DNA of 63,826 nt, filler included, from Pseudobdellovibrionaceae bacterium (GTDB taxonomy: Bacteria; Bdellovibrionota; Bdellovibrionia; Bdellovibrionales; UBA1609), in the NCBI GenBank assembly GCA_030591685.1. It is 5 parts of 5 records of this genome, joined end to end, with 100 filler letters (N's around TTAATTAATTAA, not from the genome) between each part and the next. Parts side by side here need not be neighbours in the genome. Positions count along the whole stretch, not along the records: positions 28,882 to 41,706 come from JAUVAX010000059.1; positions 41,807 to 51,860 come from JAUVAX010000062.1; 3 more parts are not named here. One strand, 5' to 3'. A model generated the notes under the pieces. It made no database searches, was not told where the DNA came from, and saw only the letters and a program-made list of their open reading frames with translations. The position numbers were made by a program, and so were the translations under genes. How positions within the stretch are numbered: position 1 is the first letter of the stretch; each line of letters starts with the position of its first letter. Positions 38,351-47,645 of the stretch are shown here, piece after piece.

Positions 38351-38653
38351 GTGAAAATAATCTCAGCCCCTGAATTTAACAAATGGTACTCAAAGCTCAC
38401 GGGGCGTGAGCAAGCTCAAGTGGATGCACGAATTTCACGTATTGAAGAGAGTGAGTACTTTGGTGATTGGAAGTATTTAGGCGAAGGGTTAGCTGAGTTG
38501 AGGTGGAAGAGTGGCCGCCGAGTTTATTTTACAAAACATGAAGGTCTGATTATTTTATTACTAAATGGAGGATTAAAAAATGCCCAAAAAAAAGACATCA
38601 AAAAAGCGAGACTTCTCCTTCGACGATATGCCGAGTTTAAGGGCAAAGAATAA
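38351..38653 (+). CDS. Type II toxin, RelE/ParE (HigB-like 'addiction module killer')
   Basis: EFNKWYSKL..ARISRI..FGDWKYLGEGLAELR..GRRVYF..IILLLNGG.K..QKKDIKKAR. Confidence 0.88.
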   Translation: MKIISAPEFNKWYSKLTGREQAQVDARISRIEESEYFGDWKYLGEGLAELRWKSGRRVYFTKHEGLIILLLNGGLKNAQKKDIKKARLLLRRYAEFKGKE

Positions 38654-38912
38654 GGGTGAATTGACCTCTTTTGGAGCTTCCAAAAGAATTAAAAATAAAA
38701 AGTATGTCTCTAAGGCTCTTTGGGAGTGTTTGGTGGCTGATGATACTGATGGCTTTAAAGATATCCTGAGTGCTCATTTGGAGTTAATTAATAAGGATGA
38801 GTTTGCAGAGTCAGCGGGCATTTCTCGTAGAACTTTATTTCGCATGTTATCTGCGGAGGGTAACCCAACGCTAGATAATATTTCTAAGATTATTCATAAA
38901 CTGTGTGCATAG
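38580..38912 (+). CDS. Antitoxin, HTH 'addiction module antidote' (HigA-like)
   Basis: AESAGISRRTLFRMLSAEGNPTLDNISKI; downstream of and overlapping the toxin. Confidence 0.88.
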   Translation: MPKKKTSKKRDFSFDDMPSLRAKNKGELTSFGASKRIKNKKYVSKALWECLVADDTDGFKDILSAHLELINKDEFAESAGISRRTLFRMLSAEGNPTLDNISKIIHKLCA

Positions 38913-38957
38913 TAGGAGAATTGTGCCAAAAACTAACCTAGGTGTTATTTTGGAGTG

Positions 38958-39005
38958 GGTGAGTTTTGGGGTATAAAGGGCAAAAAAAATGCTCTAGAGA
39001 GGGGG
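38958..39005. repeat. Direct repeat, right of TA module (left arm of a terminator hairpin)
   Basis: Copy of 38225-38270; AATGCTCTAGAGAG pairs with downstream CTCTCTAAAGCATT, followed on the minus strand by a T run. Confidence 0.85.
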
Positions 39006-39060
39006 CTTGGTGTTTACTCTCTAAAGCATTGAAATATATTTATCTATTTTTAATGTGTAC

Positions 39061-39615
39061 TTAAAGTAGCTCTTCTATTTTTAGGGCCATTTGCTCATCT
39101 GTGATCTCAATGACGTGTTTGTTTTTAGCGGGGCAGTACCCTCTAACTACGGCCGCTTTAACAACAAAGGCCGCGCTAACTATATTTAAGCAAGCGTGTT
39201 GACTTAAGCACACTGTTTGCGGGGTTGATTTGTCAGACATAAGAGCATTATCAAAGGATAATTTTTGGCTTTTACCAGGCCCTTCTAGAATGCAAACATA
39301 GACTCTGCCGCTATTAGGTTCATCGACAACTGGCGGAGGTGGTGGGTCATCACAACTGGCGTCGGCCTCACAATTAACTGGTGGTGGTACTTGGTTGTCA
39401 CATTCAGGGTCACCCTCTTCACAGCCCGGCGGAAGTGGGTCGCAATTAGTACCTAAGAGATTACATTCGTTATCCCCAAGGGGGTCGTTGCTATTAGTCT
39501 CTAAGTCTTGAGCGACGAGTTTACCTTGGAGCTCTTCAAAATTAACCTCACTACAGTTTTGAAACCCAATGAGTGTAATTAGCAATACTAAGGAGTAAAA
39601 AGCAAGTTGTCTCAT
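39061..39615 (-). CDS. Lipoprotein with FQNC lipobox and Cys/Pro/acidic linker
   Basis: GGAGG RBS; LIGFQNCSEVNFEEL; C..DP repeats and poly-Pro; C-terminal Cys-containing domain. Confidence 0.75.
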   Translation of the reverse strand: MRQLAFYSLVLLITLIGFQNCSEVNFEELQGKLVAQDLETNSNDPLGDNECNLLGTNCDPLPPGCEEGDPECDNQVPPPVNCEADASCDDPPPPPVVDEPNSGRVYVCILEGPGKSQKLSFDNALMSDKSTPQTVCLSQHACLNIVSAAFVVKAAVVRGYCPAKNKHVIEITDEQMALKIEELL

Positions 39616-39649
39616 AATAGTACCTCCAATAAGTGTTACTCATTTAAAG

Positions 39650-39665
39650 AGCAAGCTCTGTGCCA
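39650..39665 (-). promoter_or_regulatory. Sigma54 promoter
   Basis: Minus strand TGGCACAGAGCTTGCT, near-perfect -24/-12 consensus 35 bp upstream of ATG 39615. Confidence 0.8.
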
Positions 39666-39944
39666 GCTTTAAGGTGTCTACCTTTAGTCTGAGTGTCTTT
39701 AAAGTTTACAGTGAGTGTTAATTGTTGATTAAATATGCGCTAAGATGTTCGTCCACATATTTGTAATTTTTCAGCGATTATGTCCGCCTATAACTGTTTA
39801 GAATAATGACCGCTTTAGTGTTTTGATTTGATACGATTCGTAATGGACCCATATCAGTAAGTAAACGCAGAGGGGGGTGACCGTGAAGGGTAAATCAGTC
39901 AGCTACGCTGAGGTTTTTAGTTAACGACAGCAGGCACTTGATTT

Positions 39945-40316
39945 TTACGAGACTGGTTTGTCGAGGCTTTTTATTTTTTTGTTAGCACTTCTAAGGTGAG
40001 AGTTAATGGTTTTTACCATGATTTTTAGCCACTCAGGGCAAGCGTCAAATTGAGGGTAGAGGCTTGAATAGGGGAGCACGATAACTTCAGACCTTTCAGT
40101 CGCCATAGCCCCAGCACTTCTGGGTTTATTGTCAAAAAAACCCATTTCACCAATCATTTGCCCGGGGCCAAGCTCAGCTAATATAACGTGGCTTGAGCCT
40201 TTTACTTTGGTTATTTTAATACGACCTGATTTGATGATGTACATCGCCTCAGAGGGCTCGTTTTCTTTAAAAAGAGTTTGGTCTTTTTCGAGTTGTTTTG
40301 TTTTTTCATCAGCCAT
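39945..40316 (-). CDS. Stand-alone cyclic nucleotide-binding (Crp-like cNMP) domain protein
   Basis: LFKENE.SEAMYIIKSGRIKI, LGPGQMIGEMGFFDNKPRSAGAMA. Confidence 0.9.
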   Translation of the reverse strand: MADEKTKQLEKDQTLFKENEPSEAMYIIKSGRIKITKVKGSSHVILAELGPGQMIGEMGFFDNKPRSAGAMATERSEVIVLPYSSLYPQFDACPEWLKIMVKTINSHLRSANKKIKSLDKPVS

Positions 40317-40416
40317 AACTAAACCTCTATAGTGAGGTTTAATTATAGGCTTAATTAGGGCTTTGTTTTAGGTAATTTGATAGAGCTCTCGCTTTAAGTC
40401 GAGCTATTTTTAAGAG

Positions 40417-41073
40417 TTAAACACTTATTGTTTTTAAATCTTTATCAATAATCATTTTGCCCTCGGTGGCTTTGATGACCTCTTCAGGGGTTAAGTCAGA
40501 CGCTATTTCTTTTAAAACAAACTGGTTGTCTTTAATATCAATCACACCGTAGTCGGTCACAACTCTATCGATGCACGACTTGCCTGTTAAGGGCAGATTG
40601 CACTTATTTAAAAGCTTTGGGTTGCCCTTTTTATCAGTGTGTTGCATGGCTACGATGACTCTTTTTGCGCCGGCCACTAAGTCCATAGCGCCACCCATGC
40701 CTTTGATCATCTTACCGGGGATCATCCAATTGGCAATATCGCCCTGTACATCCACCTGCATGGCACCTAAAACAGTGAGGTCAACATGACCGCCACGGAT
40801 CATGGCAAAACTCTCTGCACTTGAGAAAAAACTAGCCCCAGGGGCTGTCGTAATGGTTTGTTTACCGGCGTTGATAAGGTCTGCGTCCATGTTTTCTTCG
40901 GTGGGGAAGGGGCCCATGCCTAAAAGGCCGTTTTCGCTTTGTAACATAATGCTTATATTTTTGGGGATGTGGTTGGCCACAAGTGTTGGTATGCCAATAC
41001 CTAAATTAACAACAAAACCATCTTCTATTTCTAAAGAAATTCGTTTAGTGATTTGTTCGCGACTTAAGGGCAT
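40417..41073 (-). CDS. scoB: 3-oxoacid CoA-transferase subunit B
   Basis: [15 protein letters not shown] (catalytic Glu), [17 protein letters not shown]. Confidence 0.93.
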   Translation of the reverse strand: MPLSREQITKRISLEIEDGFVVNLGIGIPTLVANHIPKNISIMLQSENGLLGMGPFPTEENMDADLINAGKQTITTAPGASFFSSAESFAMIRGGHVDLTVLGAMQVDVQGDIANWMIPGKMIKGMGGAMDLVAGAKRVIVAMQHTDKKGNPKLLNKCNLPLTGKSCIDRVVTDYGVIDIKDNQFVLKEIASDLTPEEVIKATEGKMIIDKDLKTISV

Positions 41074-41082
41074 AGAGCGCTC

Positions 41083-41706
41083 CTATTGAGAGATGGTTTT
41101 TTGTTCAATGCGTTTCTCTAAGTTTTTAGACTGTATAACTCTTTGTACAAAAATCCCTGAGGTGTGAATTTGATCTGGGTCAAGGGTGCCCATTTCGACG
41201 ATTTCTTCGGCCTCGACAACGGTGATTTTACCGGCAGTGGCCATCATGGGGTTAAAGTTACGAGCTGTCTTTCTGAAAATTAAATTACCAAAGGTATCGG
41301 CCTTCCAGGCTTTAACAAGGGCAAACTCGCCCGTTAAACCGGTTTCAAGTATATAGGTACGCCCGTTGAACTCTTTAGTCTCTTTGCCCTCGGCAACCTT
41401 TGTGCCCACCCCTGTGGGGGTATAAAAGCCAGGGATGCCGGCGCCGCCAGCTCTGATCCTTTCAGCAAGGGTGCCCTGGGGGTTAAACTCAACCTCAAGC
41501 TCGCCTTGTAAGTATTGTTTTTCAAATAAAGCATTTTCACCCACATAGCTAGAGATCATTTTTTTTATTTGATGTGACTGTAGCAATAAACCCAACCCAA
41601 AATCATCAACCCCGGCATTGTTAGAAATACAAGTAAACCCTGATTTACCCGTTTTTTTTAAGGCTGATATAAGGGTCTCAGGTATGCCACAAAGGCCAAA
41701 ACCACC
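41083..41706 (-). CDS. scoA: 3-oxoacid CoA-transferase subunit A, 5'-truncated by gap
   Basis: Frame open to gap: [49 protein letters not shown]. Confidence 0.93.
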   Translation of the reverse strand, partial: GGFGLCGIPETLISALKKTGKSGFTCISNNAGVDDFGLGLLLQSHQIKKMISSYVGENALFEKQYLQGELEVEFNPQGTLAERIRAGGAGIPGFYTPTGVGTKVAEGKETKEFNGRTYILETGLTGEFALVKAWKADTFGNLIFRKTARNFNPMMATAGKITVVEAEEIVEMGTLDPDQIHTSGIFVQRVIQSKNLEKRIEQKTISQ

Positions 41707-41806
41707 NNNNNNNNNNNNNNNNNNNNNNNNNNNNNNNNNNNNNNNNNNNNTTAATTAATTAANNNNNNNNNNNNNNNNNNNNNNNNNNNNNNNNNNNNNN
41801 NNNNNN
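41707..41806. other. Artificial contig spacer
   Basis: N44-TTAATTAATTAA-N44. Confidence 0.99.
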
Positions 41807-42141
41807 AGTAGTGTACACGCTTCGCCATCACAAGAGTCAGCTTCAGTTTCTCTATCTATAGATATAGAAACCTTATTGCCGTCCTTTTGGCTCACCTTAA
41901 CTGTGAACTCCTCGCGCTCGCCGTTGACTTTATATCGAATCTTAGCCGTTTGGGTAGAGCTAGTGGGGCTTGAGTTTGTTTCGCTAGTGTTGTCGCTACC
42001 GCCTAAGAGGTCATTAATTTGATCCTCAGTGCTTGATAGCTGTGTGCTATGCATGGTTTGTCGCTCTAAAGACATATTAAGCCCTAGGCACGCAAACAAA
42101 CCTAATATCAGTAGTTTGTTTTTCATCGTTATTGGTTTCAC
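41807..42141 (-). CDS. Secreted hypothetical protein, 3'-truncated by gap
   Basis: AAGGAGG RBS before GTG 42141, signal peptide KNKLLILGLFACLGL; sigma54-like TGGCACGGAGCTTAGG at 42212-42227. Confidence 0.6.
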
Positions 42142-42384
42142 TTCTTCCTCCTTATATATCACCGCCCACGACAGGCAGTTATCCTTACCCTGTACTATTA
42201 CAAATACCAGTCCTAAGCTCCGTGCCAAGCTAAGCTGCTGTTAATACACAAGTTTTATATATTTAATGGCATGACTATAAGTTCTACGCGTGTCTATTGA
42301 TTGGTAGGTGAAATTATTAACGTACAGTTATTTATAGTTATTTTAGTCACTTACCCCTGTCAGAATCTAAACACCTGGCAGGGG

Positions 42385-42470
42385 CTGATTTGCGGGTAAA
42401 TTGTCACTTTTTATTAAAATACCCCCTCCGAGTGCTTGAAATGCTCTGATATGCGGGTAAATTATCACTT
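42385..42470. repeat. Two 25-bp direct repeats upstream of KamA-family gene
   Basis: CTGATTTGCGGGTAAATTGTCACTT (42385-42409) vs CTGATATGCGGGTAAATTATCACTT (42446-42470), 23/25. Confidence 0.8.
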
Positions 42471-42493
42471 AAAATAGCTCCACTAAAGAGAGT

Positions 42494-43747
42494 GTGAGAG
42501 AGAAGGAAAGGTATTTATTCTTGGGGTTTGAATTTAAATCAGTGGAGCCCATGCCAGGGGTGGCGCCTTCAAGTTGGCTCAGCTCCCATTGGCAGTTTAA
42601 AAATGCACTTAAAACGCTCTCTAGCTTTGAATCTTTTTTTACTCTTCAGGCCGCAGAGCGGGAGGCTTTTGCCGGGCTTAATAAAGTATTTCAAGTACGG
42701 GTTACGCCGTACTACGCAGCCCTTGCCTCCAGAGAAGACAGCCATGACCCCATCAGAAAGATCCTTATGCCAAGGGTTGAAGAGCTGCACTCAGGCCTTC
42801 AGCAAATGCAAGACCCCTTAGGTGAAAACGCTCACAGGCCAGAGGCCCGGATTATACACCGATACCCTGACCGTTGTTTATTTTTAGTGACCGATTTTTG
42901 CAGTGTGTACTGTCGCTACTGTACAAGAAAGCACTTTACAGGTAAAAACCAATCCTTTGTTAATAATTCAGATTATAAAAGTGCTCTTAAATATATTGGT
43001 CAAAACCCTGCCATAAAAGAGGTTATTTTATCAGGAGGGGACCCCCTCACATTATCAGATGAAAAACTAGAGCAAGTTCTTTTTGATTTAAGGAACATAA
43101 AGCATATTGAAATCATACGTGTTGGTTCGCGCATGCCTGTGGTGGCCCCCATGAGAGTGACTCAAGAGTTAGCTAAAATGCTACGTAAATATAAGCCGGT
43201 ATTTTTTATGACTCACTTTAACCACCCCAAAGAGATCACTAAAGAGTCCGCTGAATCTGTAGAGATGTTAGTCGACCACGGCGTCCCCGTGATGAACCAA
43301 ATGGTTTTATTAAATGGCATAAACAATCACGAGGCAATAGTGCAGGCCCTTTCAAGGCGCTTATTATACTTAAGGGCCAAACCTTATTATATGTTTCAAT
43401 GCGACCCCTCTATGGGCACAGACCATTTAAGAACAAGCGTAGAGGACTCATTAAAAATTCAAAAAAACCTTTGGGGCCGACTTTCGGGCCTTGCTATGCC
43501 GACGTTGTCATTAGATATCCCAGGTGGCGGGGGTAAGGTGAGTCTTTCACCTGAGTTTTTGCTTAACCAAACTTCAGGCGAAAGAACTTTTAAGGGTTGG
43601 GACGGGGTGATTAATAGTTACAAAGACCCCGAGGCTGAAAAAATAGTTAAACCCAGCGACACTGAAGACTATATGCAAGAGTGGTTGCAAATCAAAAATG
43701 CCCGTTACGGCAAAGATGTATTAAAAAACAATTTTGAAGCTAAATAA
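42494..43747 (+). CDS. KamA family radical SAM protein (lysine 2,3-aminomutase/EpmB-like)
   Basis: DPLGE, HRYPDR, CSVYCRYCTR (CxxxCxxC), ILSGGDPL, HFNHP.E, NQMVLL, PYY, DIPGGGGK. Confidence 0.92.
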   Translation: MREKERYLFLGFEFKSVEPMPGVAPSSWLSSHWQFKNALKTLSSFESFFTLQAAEREAFAGLNKVFQVRVTPYYAALASREDSHDPIRKILMPRVEELHSGLQQMQDPLGENAHRPEARIIHRYPDRCLFLVTDFCSVYCRYCTRKHFTGKNQSFVNNSDYKSALKYIGQNPAIKEVILSGGDPLTLSDEKLEQVLFDLRNIKHIEIIRVGSRMPVVAPMRVTQELAKMLRKYKPVFFMTHFNHPKEITKESAESVEMLVDHGVPVMNQMVLLNGINNHEAIVQALSRRLLYLRAKPYYMFQCDPSMGTDHLRTSVEDSLKIQKNLWGRLSGLAMPTLSLDIPGGGGKVSLSPEFLLNQTSGERTFKGWDGVINSYKDPEAEKIVKPSDTEDYMQEWLQIKNARYGKDVLKNNFEAK

Positions 43748-43801
43748 TTTATTTTTTAAAGAAGTTTTTTTAATAAACAATATTGGTGAGTTGAACATAA
43801 G

Positions 43802-44455
43802 CTATTCTTTTATCACCAGGTGATTTTTAAGTTCATCAACATCATTATGCTCTCTTGGGAAGGGGGCGCTCACTACTTTAGAGCATCTTTCAATGGCATC
43901 TATAAACCCCTTGGAAAGGTTAGCGCTTTTGATGTCTGTGGTAAATATATTCACAAGCTCTTGCCAGGTGCTTGAGGGCACTTTGTCGGCAATAGATTTA
44001 TCAGCCAGCACAACCACTTGGTGCTCTAAAAGGGATACATAAATTAAAACCCCCGTGGCTCCGCTGGTGTTATTAAGGCCGGCTTTGTAAAATTCATTTT
44101 CAGCACGCATAAACACCTGGTTATTTACGTCACGGCCTACAGACAAAGCCCGTACAATAACCCCAAGCTCTGAGAGTTTTAAACAAACAAGGTAACTTAA
44201 ACCTAGGCTGACTAAAATAAATATAAGAGGGCCAATGCTAGAGAGGTCTAAATAATAAAAGCTACAAAAAAGATGAGCGACAAATACAAAAGAAAATAGC
44301 AATTTAAATATATGCCCTGTCGGCGTCGAAGAGCGAACAATCATAGGCACAATTTCAGCGCTTGTTGATTTTTCAGCCAAAATAATGGCCTGCTCAATAC
44401 TGTTAAGGTCTTCAGTGCTTAATTTTTTTACTAACCAACTTGGTATGTTTTGCAT
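43802..44455 (-). CDS. TPM-domain membrane protein (DUF477-like)
   Basis: IEQAI..AEKSTSAEIV, two TM, TGVLIYVSLLEH.VVVLAD; in operon with lemA. Confidence 0.85.
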   Translation of the reverse strand: MQNIPSWLVKKLSTEDLNSIEQAIILAEKSTSAEIVPMIVRSSTPTGHIFKLLFSFVFVAHLFCSFYYLDLSSIGPLIFILVSLGLSYLVCLKLSELGVIVRALSVGRDVNNQVFMRAENEFYKAGLNNTSGATGVLIYVSLLEHQVVVLADKSIADKVPSSTWQELVNIFTTDIKSANLSKGFIDAIERCSKVVSAPFPREHNDVDELKNHLVIKE

Positions 44456-45180
44456 TACCAGCCTCCAGAGGCGCCGCCGCCTGAAAATCCACCACCGCCG
44501 CCACTAAAGCCGCCGCCGAATCCACCGCCTCCGCCAAGGCCAGAGCCTCCTATAAAAAGCCCTCCTCTTCGACCTCGGCCTCCGCCCATGATCAAGACGT
44601 AGATGATAAAAAATATCAAATAAAACCAAATCGATTTTGATTTGCGAGACCGCTTTGAGCGTATGGGTTGAATCTTACTTTGCTTTAAATAGTTGGGGTT
44701 TGCTTTTTGAATAAGTGCATAGACTCCGTTTGTTATGCCGGCATCAAAGTTGGACTGCTTAAACTCAGGGGTTATTACATGATCAATCACGCGTTTTGCG
44801 TACAGGTCTGTGATGTCACCTTCAAGCCCCTGGCCCACTTCAATGCGTACTTTACGGTCTTTTTTACTAATAAGTATTAATGCGCCCATATCGGTGTCTT
44901 TATTTCCGAGCTTCCATTTGTCTACAACGGCAATAGAGTAAGTTTCAATAGGCTGCCCATCGAGAGAGGGTATGGTCAGTACAGCTATTTGAGTGCCTGT
45001 TGAGCGGTAAAAGTTTTTTAAAAACCCATCAAGGTTACTGCGAGCAGCACGGCTGAGCATTTGCGCTTCATCAACCACGGCCCCCGTAAGTTTGGGGATT
45101 TTGACCTCTTGGGCATTAGCTGAAAAGCTAAAAACTAAGCCCGCAAATAAACTAAATACAAAAGTACTCATCGTTCTCAT
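44455..45180 (-). CDS. TPM-domain protein with Gly-rich tail (YgcG-like)
   Basis: VVDEAQML, QIAVLTI, WKLG, RIEVGQGLEG, C-terminal GGGGGFSGGGASGGW. Confidence 0.92.
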   Translation of the reverse strand: MRTMSTFVFSLFAGLVFSFSANAQEVKIPKLTGAVVDEAQMLSRAARSNLDGFLKNFYRSTGTQIAVLTIPSLDGQPIETYSIAVVDKWKLGNKDTDMGALILISKKDRKVRIEVGQGLEGDITDLYAKRVIDHVITPEFKQSNFDAGITNGVYALIQKANPNYLKQSKIQPIRSKRSRKSKSIWFYLIFFIIYVLIMGGGRGRRGGLFIGGSGLGGGGGFGGGFSGGGGGFSGGGASGGW

Positions 45181-45182
45181 AG

Positions 45183-45776
45183 TTATAAATCAATTTCTGG
45201 TGGTTTTTCGTTTTTAGCCTTCTCTTCAGTTGAGACTTCCCATTGTGCCATTTTTGTATGCTTGTAAAATAAAGAGTTCATCCAGCTCTCAGGGGGCACA
45301 GTCACTAAATTATTAAACTGCTTAATGGCTTCAATGTGTCTGTTTCGAGCCACGGTAATGCGGTTTTCAGTACCCTCTAATTGTGCTTGTAAATCTCTAA
45401 AGTTTTGATCGGCTTTAAGGTTAGGGTACCTTTCAACCACAACCATAAGTTTACCCAAGGCTTGAGAGAGCCCTCCTTGAGCCTGTTGAAACTTTCTAAT
45501 CGCTTCAGGAGACATATTAGAGGGGTCAATTTTAGTTTGAGTAGCTTTAGCACGGGCCTCAACAACTCCCATAAGGGTTTCTTTTTCGTGTTTGGCATAG
45601 CCCTTAACAACTTTAACAAGGTTAGGTATTAAATCAGCACGTCTTTTATATTGGTTGCTCACTTCGGCAATAGTGGCCTCGACCTGGTTTTTTGACTGAG
45701 GTATTGAGCGAACTCCGCACCCTATTTGTGCTAAAAATGCGAACCCAATAACTCCTGAAACTATAAATCTAATCAT
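45183..45776 (-). CDS. lemA: LemA family protein
   Basis: QYKRRADLIPNLV..VKGYA.HE, ERYPNLKADQNF..LQAQLEGTENRI.VAR. Confidence 0.95.
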   Translation of the reverse strand: MIRFIVSGVIGFAFLAQIGCGVRSIPQSKNQVEATIAEVSNQYKRRADLIPNLVKVVKGYAKHEKETLMGVVEARAKATQTKIDPSNMSPEAIRKFQQAQGGLSQALGKLMVVVERYPNLKADQNFRDLQAQLEGTENRITVARNRHIEAIKQFNNLVTVPPESWMNSLFYKHTKMAQWEVSTEEKAKNEKPPEIDL

Positions 45777-45859
45777 TTATGACCCCTTTAGTATGAGCCC
45801 TACATACTAGTTAACATGAGAGGTGTAAAGATATGCACGCTGTATCAAGTCGGCCTTTT

Positions 45860-47614
45860 TTATTTTTCAGGATCCCACAAGATAGGTGAGCCACTGTGAC
45901 GAGCTAATATATTTTTAGTCGCCTTGAGCTCTTCTTGTAGTTCTGGGGTGCACGCCTCAGTGGGGGTTATTTCACCAGTTTTTGTGTTCCAATCGGCAGT
46001 AGAAACACACCCATTGTTATTAAATTTCAGTAGTAAGTAGGCCAGGGGGAGTTGTAGCTTTTTTAACTGAGCTATTAAAGTAGAGCTTTGATTAAACCCT
46101 CCTTTAGGAAAGAGCTTTTTGAGCTCCTTTTCAGTAAGAACTTCGCGACCTAAAAGCTGTGCTAGGAGCTCTATTGAGTACGCCGGGTGAAGGGCTCGTA
46201 TGTTTTCAGCTGATTTACCCTTAAATTGATTCAGCGCATGTTCGAGGTAAACAACAGACCTTGTCATCTGAAGTATATGGTTAAGCTCTAGGGTCGTCGT
46301 GGTGTCGCCATTAATCTGAGCGATCATAACACCGGCTGCGGGCTCATCAGGCTGTCTAATAGCCCCCTCGACGTTAATTTCGTGGATAGAGTCCATAGCT
46401 AGGTTTTTAAACTCCATTGTTAGTAAGCCTAGACTTAAGCTGTGGGCTTCAAAAGGCAAAAGTGCATGGGGGTTTGTTTCAAGGTCACCAATTAAATAGG
46501 GGCTAATTTCGCTCACCCAAGGAGCCATGGGACTTGTTGCGTAATAAAAGGTCACTAAAGATTCAAGTAAAGACAAACGGTCTGCCAATAAAGCCCGCGG
46601 CCCTTGAGACCCCTGTTGGGGGGTATGTGACATAAGCATAAAAGGGCTTACTGAGGGGTCATAATTTTGAATCTCCTCAGCTGTGAGAACTTTTGCACGG
46701 CCCTCACTATCAGAGTACGCGCCGGGGAGCTCAACTGTTCTAAACGCCCTGTTGTCGTCCTCATTAAGAGGGTCAATCCATGAAGGTGTCCCCGAAATAA
46801 TACTTGGGCTCATGTGGCCTTTAATGCGAAGAAGTTGAGAGAACCCTCTGTGTAGTAACACAAGGCCACATAAAGACTCTTCCTCATTGAGAGGGGCTTT
46901 ATTAAAATTTAAATTTTGAATGGCCGCCGAAAGGCTCACTTGAGTTTCAATAGGGTAGCTCATCCATTCACTAGACGTAAATAAAGGAACCTCTTGAGAG
47001 AGGTACTGATTTGTCGTCATACCCAAACTTTCAGTAAAATTAAGGACCTTTAATATAAGAGAGTACTTTAAAGACTTTGAGACGTCCTCGGACGATCCGT
47101 AAATCCCCGGAAAAGCCTGCGTGAGTTTTTCATTCACTGTTGAATAAAGAATACTATCAAATTTAAAACCCGTCTTATAGGCCAGCTTTAGCATATACCA
47201 TTTTGTTCTCGATAGGCGACCAGCCTTGTACTCAGCACGCGCCTGTTTGTAAAACTCTCTTCTTGTTGGGACTCTAAAATTTTCAGCTATTATTAATTGT
47301 GTAAAGGGCGACTTTGCAATATCTATAGCCCCTATATCGCCAGTGAGTTGATGAAAATATGAAAACCCCTGAGAGCCGGCTTTGTTGTGCTCAGAGAGCT
47401 GTTCGATGACCTCACAAGCGCTGACACGGTTTCCGTCTACTGGATCATTTAGTTTTGGTGGTTTTTGGGAGATCGGAGGGTTTTTTTGGTAATCCGGGGG
47501 TATAGAGCGATTTAAATCTTCAACAAAATCTCGAGAGCAGTTCGTTAAAGAAAATATAATTAAGGGCAGAGCTAATATTTTTTTTACAAGTTGTGGAGTC
47601 ATTTGTTTTGCCAC
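45860..47614 (-). CDS. Hypothetical lipoprotein
   Basis: Lipobox-like LTNC; 584 aa ORF; no recognisable motif. Confidence 0.65.
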   Translation of the reverse strand: MAKQMTPQLVKKILALPLIIFSLTNCSRDFVEDLNRSIPPDYQKNPPISQKPPKLNDPVDGNRVSACEVIEQLSEHNKAGSQGFSYFHQLTGDIGAIDIAKSPFTQLIIAENFRVPTRREFYKQARAEYKAGRLSRTKWYMLKLAYKTGFKFDSILYSTVNEKLTQAFPGIYGSSEDVSKSLKYSLILKVLNFTESLGMTTNQYLSQEVPLFTSSEWMSYPIETQVSLSAAIQNLNFNKAPLNEEESLCGLVLLHRGFSQLLRIKGHMSPSIISGTPSWIDPLNEDDNRAFRTVELPGAYSDSEGRAKVLTAEEIQNYDPSVSPFMLMSHTPQQGSQGPRALLADRLSLLESLVTFYYATSPMAPWVSEISPYLIGDLETNPHALLPFEAHSLSLGLLTMEFKNLAMDSIHEINVEGAIRQPDEPAAGVMIAQINGDTTTTLELNHILQMTRSVVYLEHALNQFKGKSAENIRALHPAYSIELLAQLLGREVLTEKELKKLFPKGGFNQSSTLIAQLKKLQLPLAYLLLKFNNNGCVSTADWNTKTGEITPTEACTPELQEELKATKNILARHSGSPILWDPEK

Positions 47615-47645
47615 CTTTATGGGGTTACTTTTATTAGTTTAAGCA

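Noticed and set aside
43802..45776. lemA-TPM-TPM operon as a novel system
   Set aside because: Widespread, previously noted gene arrangement
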